From Phoronis australis (taxonomy: Eukaryota; Animalia; Phoronida): a stretch of DNA of 64,000 nt. The position numbers were made by a program, and so were the translations under genes. The stretch covers positions 292,666-356,665 of the forward strand of contig NMRA01000407.1 of NCBI GenBank assembly GCA_002633005.1. Reading direction: 5' to 3'. Positions 26,742 through 39,373 of the stretch are shown one piece after another; within the stretch, counting starts at the first letter, position 1, and each line of letters starts with the position of its first letter. The notes under the pieces are model-generated. The model had not been told where the DNA came from and did no database searches. It saw only the letters and a list, made by a program, of their open reading frames with translations.

Positions 26742-27960
26742 TTATTACTTGGCGGAATTCTTCGAATTCCGACAAGTATGTTGCTCTGTCAAGTTTTTTT
26801 TTTTTGTTCGCACTCTACAGGTCGCAATTTTGGTCCGATTTTCACGAAATTTGCACACAACGTGTAGATCGAAAAGTCCTAGAAGCCTATTGTTTTTGAT
26901 CATGATCGGATACAAAATGGCGGACGTGGCGGCCATTTTGTATCCGATTTCACAGTCAAATACTCGTAGAGGCCGCATTTTTCAACCTACAAGGCTGAAA
27001 ATCGGTACGAATATACTACAATTTTGCAGAAAATCGTTGACTTCCGGTTAAAGATGGCTGAAACATTGGACGTGGCGCATGCGCACCCCGAAATATGGCC
27101 AAAAACGTTTTCTCCTGTAGAGGGCGTATTTGCAAACCAATTACTTTCAAACTGGTCACGTGTTTGTTGAGTTTAATAAGCTTTTATAAAAAATTATTGA
27201 ACCGGAAATCACTTTCAAGATGGCGGCTGTGGGGCATGTTCACACGGTTTCAATCGCCCTGGTGTCGCATTTTTTATGGGAAGAGCAAATGACGTGAATT
27301 TTTGCATGTGGATTCCTTGAAGTATGGCCTTTCAAAAAGTCTGCGAGAGCGTATTTCTCAGACTTACCGTTTTCGAGTTATTTGCCTTTGAATTTCAAAA
27401 AAACGACAAATTTTTAATTTTCTCAAAAAATTTTTGGATTTTTGCCAAACTACCACTTTAGATAGAGTTTTGAACTGGCTTTCAGGAGATATTTTCCATT
27501 TTGCGCTACGACGTCTACTTTTTGAATTATTCGAGATTTTCGGATACCGTTGTTCCTATGCAAGCGCGCAGGGGGCTGGCTTTCAGTTCACTTTGTTTTG
27601 GTTATGTCTGCACAAGTTAACAGAGAGTTGTGACCCCGACTGACCCAGGTAGCACTGTCGTACTGTAGACTGGAATTCCAGGCTAAATACTATTGTAAAC
27701 ATAACTTTGCTCTGCAGACTGTCACATAGTGCCACCTATTTTGGATTGCGGGAACAAAGCATGGCTCGTCCGTCATGTTGTGCTATCTATTGTTCTTTAT
27801 TGTAGTGCATTATATGCTCTCTATTTGATTTCTTCGCTAGTCACATGAATGTTACCGTGTTATTCATTATTGCCGCCTTGATCGTCATGATTGTCGTCGT
27901 CCTCCCCATTGTCGTCTTTCGATTAATTCCGCCAAGTGTCGCTCCTCCGAGCGCTCTCGT
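26742..27960 (+). mobile_element. Helentron-associated (HINE/DINE-1-like) non-autonomous element
   Basis: 5' subTIR ACTTGGCGGAATT (26747) with adjacent inverted copy (26765-26777); 3' subTIR AATTCCGCCAAGT (27925-27937); then hairpin CGCTC-ctcc-GAGCG and a T-run. Confidence 0.72.
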
Positions 27961-28448
27961 TTTTTGATTTTGACTTGGTCTTATTTGATTTCCAGTTTCC
28001 GCTTTAATTTTTCATCTCTTGTCTTTAGTTTGACTTTATTCATGCAAAAATGTTTGTGTTAAATTTTACAACACAAAGAATTTCTATCACGCAAGCCTAT
28101 TTATTTGTGGAACGGTACATCACCTGGAATGTTTTCCTCGTGTTTGTTATTGGTCATTCGAAGCCCTGGTTTCCCACACACAGCCTATCAACAACTTGCA
28201 CTAGTGCAACTTACTCCACTTTTAAGTGGAGCGTACACACACGCACACATATCCAATAATTAGGGTTAGGGTAAGGTGAAAGTTGTCGCTCTGCGTGAAT
28301 ACCTAAAGCGAGTATGGCACGCAAAAGAAAACCTGTCTGCATTAACAGATAATTACTTCCGCCCTACCCCGCTTTTGGGGCCACACATGGATTATATGTG
28401 GCGCAAGTTATGCTAGAACAAGTTACCCCACCTGAATGATGTGAAGTA

Positions 28449-30847
28449 CCGTAATCGTTCGGGTTAACGCCCATGCTCAGTTAACCGCCTATCCCCGACT
28501 TTAAGTGGATTTTCGATTTAACCGCCCACTGCTCGGTTAAGCGCCCCCCTGTGATTTTTGAAGATTTCCAGTTAAGCGCCCACCTCTCGGTTAAGCGCCC
28601 ATCCCCGACTTTTAAAGAATGAAGATTTAGCGCCTAGTGCTAAGGAAATGCGCGATTCCCCGACTTTTAGAAAAAGATCGATGATCACAATGAGTGCAAC
28701 GACCCCGGGACTCCGAGACAGTGGTTTAGCAATCTGAATTACAATACAGGTAACGAGTTATTGTCTTGGGTCATGAACTCACTTCAAAATATAATACTTG
28801 AACCTTTTTGTCACTTTATTTTCTTCCCTTGTTTGCAAAGTTTAAGAATGCCGGCGGCGTCAAAGCCTCCGCTTTCAGCGACTTTGTCTGCCGCGCTGAG
28901 TTTCTGTCTGCAGTGCACTAGATAAAACATATATTCGAAAAAATCAGGCCAGAGAAATGTGACAATGGTTTTGCCAACCCTCCAAATTCTATTAAGGTGG
29001 GAAGATCTCGTATTTTGAACAAATCTCACAACTCACGGAAAGATGTCAAATTCTCAATATTTTGATGAATATAACTGCCGGGTTATAGAGGATGTGGGGC
29101 GACCGAAGGGACAGTACTCTGAAGTGCCTTACTGGGTTACCGATTTCGTTGCTGCCTGTCGATTTCTGAATTCAAACGTTCGCAATAATGTATGTTTGTG
29201 TATGATCTTGAAGTAATAAAAAACGACTAGTCAAATTTTGTTTTTCGCTAATTGCATCTCAGTCAAACTGGTTAGCAGATTTAACTAATGTCGCTGGCTG
29301 TTCTTTACTATTTCTTGTGTCAGCCCCCACGTAAGCGTGACTGTGTGAATTATCGTTTCCGCGTCCTCTTTTTAGCCATCCAGAATAATTTTGTTTATAC
29401 ATTGGCCATTTTCAGCCTGAACAAAAATTCTTACCATTCGAGTCTGAAATATCTACGACGTAGACTGCTTGACGATAGTGGGTAGGAGATTCACGCTGCT
29501 AGTTACAGGGATGGGCTTAGGGAGCATCGAGCCGGTAAATATGGGAATAGACTTGACATCGCAGTTTTGGGGAACATTGGCAACGGAGGAATATCGTAAA
29601 GAACTGGGTCTTTCGTAACAACAGCTTAAAAGTACATAGTCACGCCCGTTTTTGTTTCTTCGTCGGACTGTCGCTATGTGTGACTGATTTGTAGTGGTGC
29701 ACGTGCGCAAGTTCACACACTTTGGAGTGCATGTTACCTTGACACCAACATGTGATTGACAGGTGACTCACACGTAGGCCCTACGTGCGTGCTGAATACT
29801 GCCACTATCTTTGGCCATAAAAACGAGATGCATATTGAAAGAGGCCTTTATATTACTTGACGGCATTTTCAAGTCACGATTGTCAGCCAACTGAGACATT
29901 GCGCGATAACAGCGTGACCGAACAGTGCTGCAGTGCGATATTACAAGTGATATAAATAGGATAATCTGGACATCTTGCATGAAAAATAAATGTTTTTGTA
30001 CCACGCAGTTTGGTAAGGTGATCGTTTAGAATAATGAATTGAAACATTGCTGTTTTCTGACATTTTGTAACATATTTATGCAGTTGCTTGAAATTTTATT
30101 CTTGATCGACGACTGGCTCGACCACCCCCGATCCTTGTCTTACTTCTTTGCATAGCACGTTTGGCGCAACGGCAAGAGAGCAATGCCGGGCTGTCGAGAT
30201 AAGACAGCTAGCCGCAGAACCATACGTTGAAAATGTCATTGAGTCACGGAATGACGACTATAACATCCCAAACACAAAAAAACAGCAGAGTTAAGTTTTT
30301 CAAACTTTTATTACAACCAATTTTAAAACTGCTCTCTGACTCAGAACTTGACAGCTACATATAGTACGACTGACCTCTGCAACACGTGAAGCTTGCACGC
30401 GCGCACTTAAGCAGGGTCACATCTTGAAACAGTTTTAATTCTAGTGGAGGCTGCGTGGTGACTGGTCGTCTGCGCACCGCAGGACGGCACGGGGCTATTA
30501 CTCAGCAAGTTTGTAAATTTAATAGTGAATGACTAATCTGAGGGCAAGAGAACCTTTGTTGGGATCATCCGCTGTTATGTCATTTGGCGACGTGACGATA
30601 AAGCTCTTTGAAAAGGGCTACGCGTTCCGAGTATGATTGCTTGTCGTGTCGGGATTTAGATCGGCAGGTAAGATTAACCGCCCAGGGCGGTTGTCTGTTG
30701 TAATAAGCGCCCATGTTCGGTTAACCGCCCATCCCCTACTTTAGGTGGATTTTCGATTTTACCGCCCACTGCTCCGTTAACCGCCCTCCCCCGATTTTTT
30801 GGATTCGCCAATTTAACCGCCCAGGGCGTTAACCCGAACGATTACGG
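28449..30847. mobile_element. Non-autonomous Tc1/mariner-pogo-type DNA transposon, 2.4 kb
   Basis: Perfect 24-bp TIRs CCGTAATCGTTCGGGTTAACGCCC (28449-28472 and 30824-30847), flanked by TA on both sides. Arrays of TTAA(C/G)CGCCC subterminal motifs. No transposase ORF. Confidence 0.88.
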
Positions 30848-31916
30848 TAAGTTGTTTCAAGTTGTCCTAGTTTAAATAGCACCCAGGCAGTCACTCCCAT
30901 TGGCATTGTTTGTGGTTTTGTGATACATTTTATGGCAGTAGTTGTAAAGTAATTTTAATTAGGAGTTAGATGTCCTCTGAGTTTACATGTGTTGTTAGGA
31001 TGGTTGTATGGTGTGGGATATTGGGTATCTATAGAATGATTATCAAATGTTTGTGCCTTCAGAAGAATGAGGTTCGTGGCACTGCTGAAGTAATGAAATT
31101 ATCAGCACAGGTTAATTATCATAATATGTTAACAACCTATAGGCAGCTCCATTTACAAAAACAAGTTACTTTTATAGAGAATGCTGGAAAAGTGAGCCTG
31201 ATATGTCAACCGAATTATCTGCTGTATCTGGATAATGAGATTTTTCATTTCCTCATATGGCTTATGCTGCTGTTGTTGCATTACACGAATGAATACTGCT
31301 CCGTGTTTCTGTTCAAAATGCTGTTGACTTTATTGGTATTTATTGATTGCCTTTGGGTGAAGGTGACTTTGAACTTGCAGGTAGAGAATCGCAGTTTAGT
31401 CTTGTGCTTTTAGTTAGGTTTGTATTTTAAATCACCCCTCCCCACATCTCATTGCGTTACACGTTCAATTGAGCATTTTAATTGGGTCATGAATATCGAC
31501 TGTAGTTCCCACCTATAAATTTATTTTCTTTTCTGGTTTGATGTGGAATGTGAAAGTTTTTCAGTGTTTTTTTTTTGCATGTAACTTACGTCATTGCTGT
31601 TGACATAAAGTTGTTAATTTTTCTGTTTAAATCTGTGTTTGATGAAAATTGAACTGGGTGACTTATGCAGTCTTGTTCAACGTTACACCTGTCTGTAGTT
31701 TTAAGGTACGGCACACACAGTCACTCTACCCAATGACTGTTGACTGCCGGTTTCTTCCTGATTGCCGGTTCCTTCTTAGTCATTTGTACCATAACTGTTG
31801 GTTGTATGCTGCTAGTGATGAACAATGCTTTAATAGCACATGTTAAAAACCTGACATTTTGACTTGCACAATTTTAACTTATTGCTTAATGGTCACCTTC
31901 TGTCTTTCTAATGCAG

Positions 31917-31940
31917 CCAGGACATACGGTCGACGAAGAG
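31917..31940 (+). CDS. CPEB4: 24-nt cassette microexon encoding (A)RTYGRRR(G), equivalent of CPEB4 microexon 4
   Basis: ccttctgtctttctaatgcAG|CCAGGACATACGGTCGACGAAGAG|GTatat. Exactly 24 nt, phase 1-1. With the flanking exons it reads ..AYR-ARTYGRRR-GKSP. Confidence 0.9.
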
Positions 31941-33379
31941 GTATATTTTAAGTTGTTTCGTTTTCAATTGTCTCTTTCTTCAGTCTCCTTGAATGTTGCT
32001 TTTTGGTTTTGTCAATGTGTTTCGAGTTCTAATTTAGGAGACAACTTTGACGAGGTACAGTTAAAAGTGATCGAGAGCAAGATGACCCTGTGCACATGTC
32101 AATTTATTTCCTGTTTTCGAACTGGTGCAGATTGCACCGGATCATCTTGTTCTGACACTAAACTCAAATGGGCGTCAAGGTGCAAAATGTTGTTTCAAAT
32201 GCTACACACCTTTGTGTATCTGTCCTAATTATAAATTGTCTTGTTTCGGCCTTGATACCATATGTGAATCTGAGCTTGGGATCAATTTTTATTCCGAATC
32301 AAGTTTGTCATCCAAATGGCTCTGTTGTACGAAATCCTGAAATCCTGCACGGATGGTTGCATAAACTTTCATTTCTCATTCCCTTCTGTTTAATGATTGT
32401 TCAATTTAAGACTGAAACTGCTATTGATCAAACTATGCGGTTTGCTTTTTGCGTGTTTACTGAGTTTCCATACCATTGCCTGTTAAGGTTTCGTTCTTCT
32501 GTTATGAAAACAATGTTCCTGACAAAACTGAAATTAATCGTAAAAATAAAGGACAATGGACATCAGAAAGGATGTAATTTCTTGTTTCAGTTTATTAAGC
32601 TTGCTAGTTTCTCTCGTGACTCGCATGGACCAATATTGAACCAAATATGTTGAGTTGTATTGCACAGTGCCAGGTCCTCTGTGCGCAGAGATGTCCATGG
32701 TCTTCTCCATCCGTCCCCTAATGCTTGATATTCCCTACTGTGATGGCTCATTTCCAGTTTGTCATACATTGTGCTCCCGATACAAAAGAGTCCCGCGAGG
32801 CTGACTGCGTGGCGCTTCCTCCCTCGCTGTTCTATCATAGTTATTGTTAAATATTTTATACTCCGTTGCTGCATTTTGAATGAACACAGCTGGAATGTTG
32901 CTATACAAACTACACAGACAAAATCAATAACGTTGTATAATGCACTGGTGGACACTTCTGTCTCAAGGGCGCTGCTGCTGCTGCTCTGTTTATCTCATGC
33001 AATTAGCATCTTTTTTCGTGATTACTAGTTGTTCACCCTTTGGAGGTGCATCTTGAGCAGTCGCAAGATGATGTTCACCGCTAATCGAATCAGTAACCCT
33101 TAAATGTCTTTATTTTCAGTATATTTTAATGTACTCTGTATACAGAAATTTGGTTGTACGTATTTGATAACTTCTCACACCGTTACACCGTGGGATTCAA
33201 CATAGATTTTCTGTGTAGTCCTGTGTCCTGGCCGGTACGTACATTAGGAGGATACTGGTCCACTGGTATTGAGCCTCAATCACCCACACGCATGTACTCA
33301 TTTTAAGCACCCTGTCGGTTCTGCAGGTTCTTCAGTACCAGATGTTGTTGGATAAGCCCTCTCATTATCATCTTGCGAG

Positions 33380-34800
33380 AGTGTTTAGCCATTTTGGATA
33401 TCATCTTGGGTGGGTATGGGATTGTGAATGTGTGGCACTCGCATCCATTACAGACCTCTGTACCATACACAAAAAATGCGGATTCGTACGGAAATCAAGT
33501 CTCTAGTACGCAAGTAGGCATGGCCAGGCAAAAATACGCAAATTCAAAAGAGATTATTAATTCGCTTGTTTTTCAATAAATACACTGATTTGTAGTCGAA
33601 ATGGATGAGGAAGAAGAGTTTAAAGTTAGAAATTAAAAAAATATTCTAAAATGATTATTTTAGCCAAAAAGTTAAGCTATAAACTCAGAAAACTTGCCTC
33701 GTTTCATTCTCGAAATAGCCTGATAATCGGCAAATCGCGAGGCCTCTTCTATCTGTATGTGTGTCACAAGCCTAACCTATAAGCAACAACTTCTGTGATT
33801 TGTGGATTGCTTACGTCGTTTAATTACAGCTATTTACGGCTAAATACAGACTATTGACAAAAAGGCAAAGCATGAGTGGTCACATATTCCGAGCTGTGAA
33901 GAAAATTGTATTTTATAGCTTCTGATGGAAGGGAACATCTGTTTTTGCCACGTTATTCCAAAGAATGACAATGTCTTATTCAAAGGGCCATGGAATTTAT
34001 ACTGCAAGTTGTATAGCGTGTTGTTTTTTGTGGACATGGTGACTGCACTGACTTTGTAGCATGTTGAGCTGACGATAATTCTCGAGCCACAGTCAAGCCT
34101 CGAGCCTCGGTCATTTTACATGCTGTACAGTGGTACGAGTTCACAGACACTTGCAATGAATGATTATTCAAAACTTTCGGGAATGGTTAAGAAAATATCG
34201 TCTGGTGCAAAACATTGTCCAGTGCAGATTCATCAACACATTTTTGCAGATATGTTTTTGTGTTAAGAAATAAGGTGTACATTAGGCAATTAACATAACT
34301 AAGTTCAGTAAGGACAGTTTCTATTGATTAACAGGATATCTTTTCACTTAAGCGCGTTGTCCTTCAACTAAACAACTTAAATTATTCTGAAAATTGGTGA
34401 TCAATTCACTATGTGTATTTTAGAAACTGTTTCAGAGGCAAATAAGTAGGAAAAGTACCCATGGGCATACACAGGGGGGCTTGAATGAGTCCCCCATTTG
34501 GCAAAGTGGGCAAAAATTTTGTGAGAGAAACCAAAAGTCCGAGAAAATGAGACAAAAGTCCACTAAAGAGGCAAGAATTCGGCGAAAGCTCTGAACACTG
34601 AGCAAACCCGTTGTTTTTTTTTTAGTCAGTGAAGGTCCACTGCTAAACATTCAAACCCCCCTCCTATATTGTACGGTAATTTTGGTCTGTACGCAAAAAT
34701 CTGCAAATTTACTGAAAAATCTGCAAATCTGGTGTTCAGATTACTCCAATGCAGTTTTGGTGGTACACAGGTCTGCTATTATGTGGATGAGAAAGTTCCT
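33380..34800. repeat. Old dispersed repeat, copy 1 (paralog of 40160-41350), interrupted by a small insertion ~34430-34680
   Basis: Shared blocks such as ccaggcaaaaatac.caaatt, cattgtccagtgcag and gtggtac.caggtctg, in the same order and orientation. Confidence 0.7.
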
Positions 34801-35508
34801 GATCTTAATTCCAATTTTATTAAGTATGGTAATTTCAAATTCGTGTTGCATCAGAAACTTGTTATTGGGACTTCTACTTGTATGGTCTTGAACATGGGGA
34901 CAAATATTTTCATCAGCAATTACAGAATGCTGAACAAGTGATTTTGTAGTGAATGGATTCAACTCAATCATGCAAGCATCCACACACCCGGGTGATGATG
35001 TCACTGTTTTTTTCCTTATAAGCGCTAATCGTGGAAAGTTGAACTTGGTGTAGTCTTCTAAACTGACACTTGTTTGAATTTGGCATTCAAGTTGCAAAGA
35101 CTCCCCTATTAAGTTGTGAAGGCACGAGGTAGTACCGTATATGATCACTCAGTAATCTGGCTGACTGACCATGAAACATGAATAGTAAGAAGGAAGTTTT
35201 AAACTGTGTCCATTCATTATTCCATTGTTCTGGACAACTAGTTTCTTTATTTAGTGTTCTGTTACAAAACTAGCCAGTGTTTGTTGCCATATTGTTTTTG
35301 GTGCGTAAAGTCACGAGCCTGGCGACCAGTCCTATTGAGCCTGCTCTTGAGTAATAGTGAACTGTCAGTTCTTAGTAATCTGCACTTGCAACAAGTTGAG
35401 ACCAATTTTACATTGGCAAACGGTCTCAATCAAAATATTTTGACAGCAAGTGTGTAGATAGCAGGGGTCTTGTGTTAACCAGCATCATCCCAGTTTGTTG
35501 TTTTGTAG

Positions 35509-35688
35509 GCAAGTCCCCGTTTGGAGTTGTAGATGAACAGTACTTACTCGACGATGGTTCTCTGGACCAGACAGTGCCCAACATCAGCCCGACAAGAGGC
35601 TCACCCAGCTCTCCATTTGGTACGGAACGCATTGAGCGGTTCTCAAGGAAGGTGTTTGTGGGGGGTCTGCCACCTGACATAGATGAAG
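35509..35688 (+). CDS. CPEB4: CPEB exon: linker and start of RRM1 (GKSPFG...ERFSRKVFVGGLPPDIDE)
   Basis: ttttgtag| ... G|GTAATA; 180 nt, phase 1-1. Contains the hallmark CPEB2-4 motif RKVFVGGLPPDIDE. Confidence 0.96.
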
Positions 35689-38589
35689 GTAATATTTGCT
35701 TTCAGCTTTCTTTTTTGAAGAAATTGTGTGTATATTTGAAATATTCTCATGTAACCAGTTTTTAAAAAGTGTATCAACGTTGAGTTATGGTAGCAATCCG
35801 TAGACATTGATTTCTGTTCTTAACATTCTGGAAGTGAAAATCACGTAAATGACAAAAAATTAAATCAAGTTGTTACAGAGATAAATCATAGATACCTAAT
35901 TAAAGCCCTCTCTCATGACATAAATTGATGTTTCTCTTTCAGTTTTCTTTTTTGTTGAATGCCACTGTCTCATCAATCATAGGCTGACTCTCATAACAGT
36001 TGATTTTGTTAACTCATCATGTGTAACAAGACACCTGAGGCAGGGAATCGTGCTTTTCTCTTCTGGTTTACTAAACACACCAATGCCTCAATTTTGGAGC
36101 CGACTATCCGCCTCATTGCCTTATGAAAAAACATTCACACCAAAAAGATTCCCTCAAGTTTTGAAGGTTAGAATCATTCATGCAAAATGTTGACTACTTC
36201 AGGCTTGCCAATGAGGCATGGCGACCGAGGGCAGCATTGGTAGGAACTGAGGGGATGTACTTTTCTCCCAACAATTTCCCCTCAGGGGGCAGAGGCATCT
36301 TTCCCCTCAAGTGAGCAAGGACCCTTTACGCTAACAAAATAATGTTAAGCAAATTGTGTTCATTTGCTAAATGCTTCCGTATTGGTGTTCGCTACTGGTG
36401 GATTTGATTAAAAACTAGCCAGAAGCTAGACATACAAGCAGAGTTACAACTCATAGTTATAATCTTCTGCTAGGGGCTGTGTTAAGAGAGGCGGCGCAAC
36501 CATTGCTGTTGGTAGATAAATCAACATTACAGTTATTGCGAGATGATTCAATCACCTGAGAAATTGTAAGACTGAGTAGAGTTGCATAAATATTATAATA
36601 TTAGTTTTATTGATGCGGCTATAAAAAAGCTTCCTTCGCAAAAGCAACAATCTGGTGTTATGAAATGGGTCTCAGACATGTCCTAATAAGTAAATGGGAT
36701 ATGATGTCTGGGCTTGCAATGAAGTGACGGTTCACTATTGTTCAAGTCCAGCCTTTATAAATTGACTTATCAGGTGTGCCAATGTATTCTCTGAGCATGC
36801 TCTCAAGGAAAAACAGTCTGTTCTTTATGAGACCAAAATAATCACTGATCATCTTGGCAATGAGCAAAATGACACCAATTTTGTAATAGCAAGTGGTCTG
36901 CATGGAAATTGGTCTCTTCAACAGAACATGAGTTTATTGTCTCTTAAAATGAAGAATAGAACGCGTGTAATTTAAAGTCTATGTCAAAACACAACAATGA
37001 CTTATTGACACCATAGTTGAGACTGTCCGTTGTGCTGCAGTTCCAGTTTAGTGTAAATGTAGCTTTACGCTAAATGTGCGAATAATCCAGGTAACTATAA
37101 ATGCTTAGAACAATTCGGATAACTTTGTTAACACAGGAGAGCACTTTGTGTTAAATTCATCTGTTCACTTGGAAATAAACGTTTTGCAACTCCAGTCCAA
37201 GCCCGTAAAGGTTCGCGCTGACCCTTGTACTCTACTAAATACCAAGGCATTGACATTAGTGGGAGAGGTACATTTCCCAAATTAGTGGGGAATAACTGAT
37301 GTTAGGTAGAGTAAACACGGCTCCCTAACCGAAGGTGGCAGAATACTTGTGTTACACAGAATGATACAAAGGATTGTTCTTGACTGGATTTTAGATCCTA
37401 GTAAGTAAACAACAACTTTGTATTGACATGGACATAATACACAGATGAGCCCCCAACAACACTACAAGGACTTAGCCCCCTTACAAACTTGTGTGGAAAA
37501 TCTAATGTTACATTTGTCAGAAGAAGTACACATATGTAGTGGATAGGTTTATTTCTTGGTTATTAATCGAGTATTTAAACGACCAGATGCAGTCCAAATT
37601 GTTGTAGAGGGGCATTCCTTAAATGCAAGACACGCGCATTGAAAAATCTTCATTATGGAACAGCAACTGAATTTTAGCCTTGTCAATGAGTCAGGCTGGT
37701 AAAGTCTTGAGCTCACTCGTGAGACACCTGGCTTTCAGTTTTGCATCGTCTTCTGTGATCTCACTATTCTTGACAGAAATGTGCTCTAATCAAGCACAGC
37801 CCAGTTTGTGTAGTGCTTACAATGTGCCATTAGGATACAGTGAATATGGTCATCTTCCCTGTGAACATTAAAACCGTGCAAAGACCATGGGAAGGAACTG
37901 TTGTCATGTTATTAATTCAGCCAGACTAATTACTGAACAGTTACCAAGCTTTTGATTATTACCATCTACTACGGAACATTTGATATTTCATTTACATTAG
38001 AAGAACAGCTACAGTACTACAATTAGAATTTTAATACTTTTTGAAGATAGGGAAATGAAATTGACATGGAATGACTATGATTTGTTGAAGATTAAGTTGA
38101 TCAGACTTCGTAAGAACTTTTATGCTGTAAATTCATCTCACCAAGACGTACGTTATTAAGGATCGGAATAAAAACTGAAACTTTTCACTTGATTTGGCGG
38201 TAATATTCCTCAGCTTTTCTCAGCTTCCTAGATTATTGATGTTGGTTTTATCTAAGGAATAGGCAAACGGAATGCTAGTCTTATTGATTATTTGTGCGTG
38301 TGTATAGACTCTGACATTTAGCTCAGATAGAGATTCAGTACAATTCCTGTGACCTTGTATTTCATAGTACGTTTCATTTCCGTAGGAGACTTGTTTAACA
38401 TTGCCCATTGTGTGATAGTTTCTTAACACATGTAATGCTTGTCTGAGTTCAATCTCCAACTAATGTTTCACTGAGAGTGTCCATGGATACTGTTTTCATG
38501 TATTGCTGCATTTGATCAATGGTTTCTCAATATTAAAAGTGTGGAAATATTAAGGTGTGTTATTAGGTGGTGATCAGGTTCGTGTTGGG

Positions 38590-38762
38590 CAAATGAATTG
38601 TACCCCCTGCATCTCACATGTGATATAAATGAACAAAGAATTGTACCACCTGCATCTCACATGTGATATGGATGGACAAAGGAACTGTACCCGCTGCATC
38701 TCACACATGACATGGCTGGACAAATGAATTTACCACCTGCATATCACATGTGATATTGATGG
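38590..38762. repeat. ~43-bp minisatellite x4
   Basis: caaatgaattgtacc.cctgcatctcacatgtgatat units. Confidence 0.85.
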
Positions 38763-39283
38763 AGATTTAGAAAAGCAGAATTTTTTATTTTTTCCTCTTT
38801 GTTAAATTGTGAGCATTGTAAATATCTGTGGATTAAAGAAAAACATAAAATTTTATCGTCGTCAATTCTGGCCAGATTAAGTAGAAGTTACTTTCGTGCT
38901 TTCACTGCGCTAAAGAGTTCTAATGTTGGATGTTAGCTGGCGCAGAAGACTTCAAAAACATTGTGGCACATTCCCTCAATGTTTATTCAGCTGACATTAT
39001 AGCTTGAACCAAATTAATAGGCTTTCACCTTCATTAACATGGTGTGCTTTAAGAAAAAATTTACATAAACACAAGCAAATGCACACGCAGATGCATTGTA
39101 TTTTAATATCTATGAATATTGTCAGTGTTTAACATTAATCCTAAACTTCCACCATGGTTTTGACAAATTGTTACAACAAAGATTGAATTTTTTCTAGAAT
39201 GTAAAGTTCCAAAGGTTAGTGTGAAATGTATAATTTAGACATAATGTCATCTTACCACGAGTTGTTATTTTGTTGATTTCCAG

Positions 39284-39373
39284 AGGAGATCACCAGTGCA
39301 TTCCGTGACTTTGGACCTCTGATTGTCGACTGGCCCCACAAGGCAGAGAGCAAGTCTTACTTCCCCCCTAAAG
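39284..39373 (+). CDS. CPEB4: CPEB exon, RRM1 (EEITSAFRDFGPLIVDWPHKAESKSYFPPKG)
   Basis: atttccag| ... G|GTAACT; 90 nt, phase 1-1. Near-invariant family motif VDWPHKAESKSYFPPKG. Too short for the ORF track. Confidence 0.97.

Noticed and set aside
30970-33028. 100-160 aa ORFs around the microexon
   Set aside because: Non-ATG starts or low-information Leu/Phe/Cys-rich translations typical of T-rich intron; no domain similarity.
4983-35508. HDV-like CPEB3 ribozyme in the large introns
   Set aside because: I looked because mammalian CPEB3 has one, but found no convincing nested double-pseudoknot by eye. A descriptor or covariance search is needed to exclude it.
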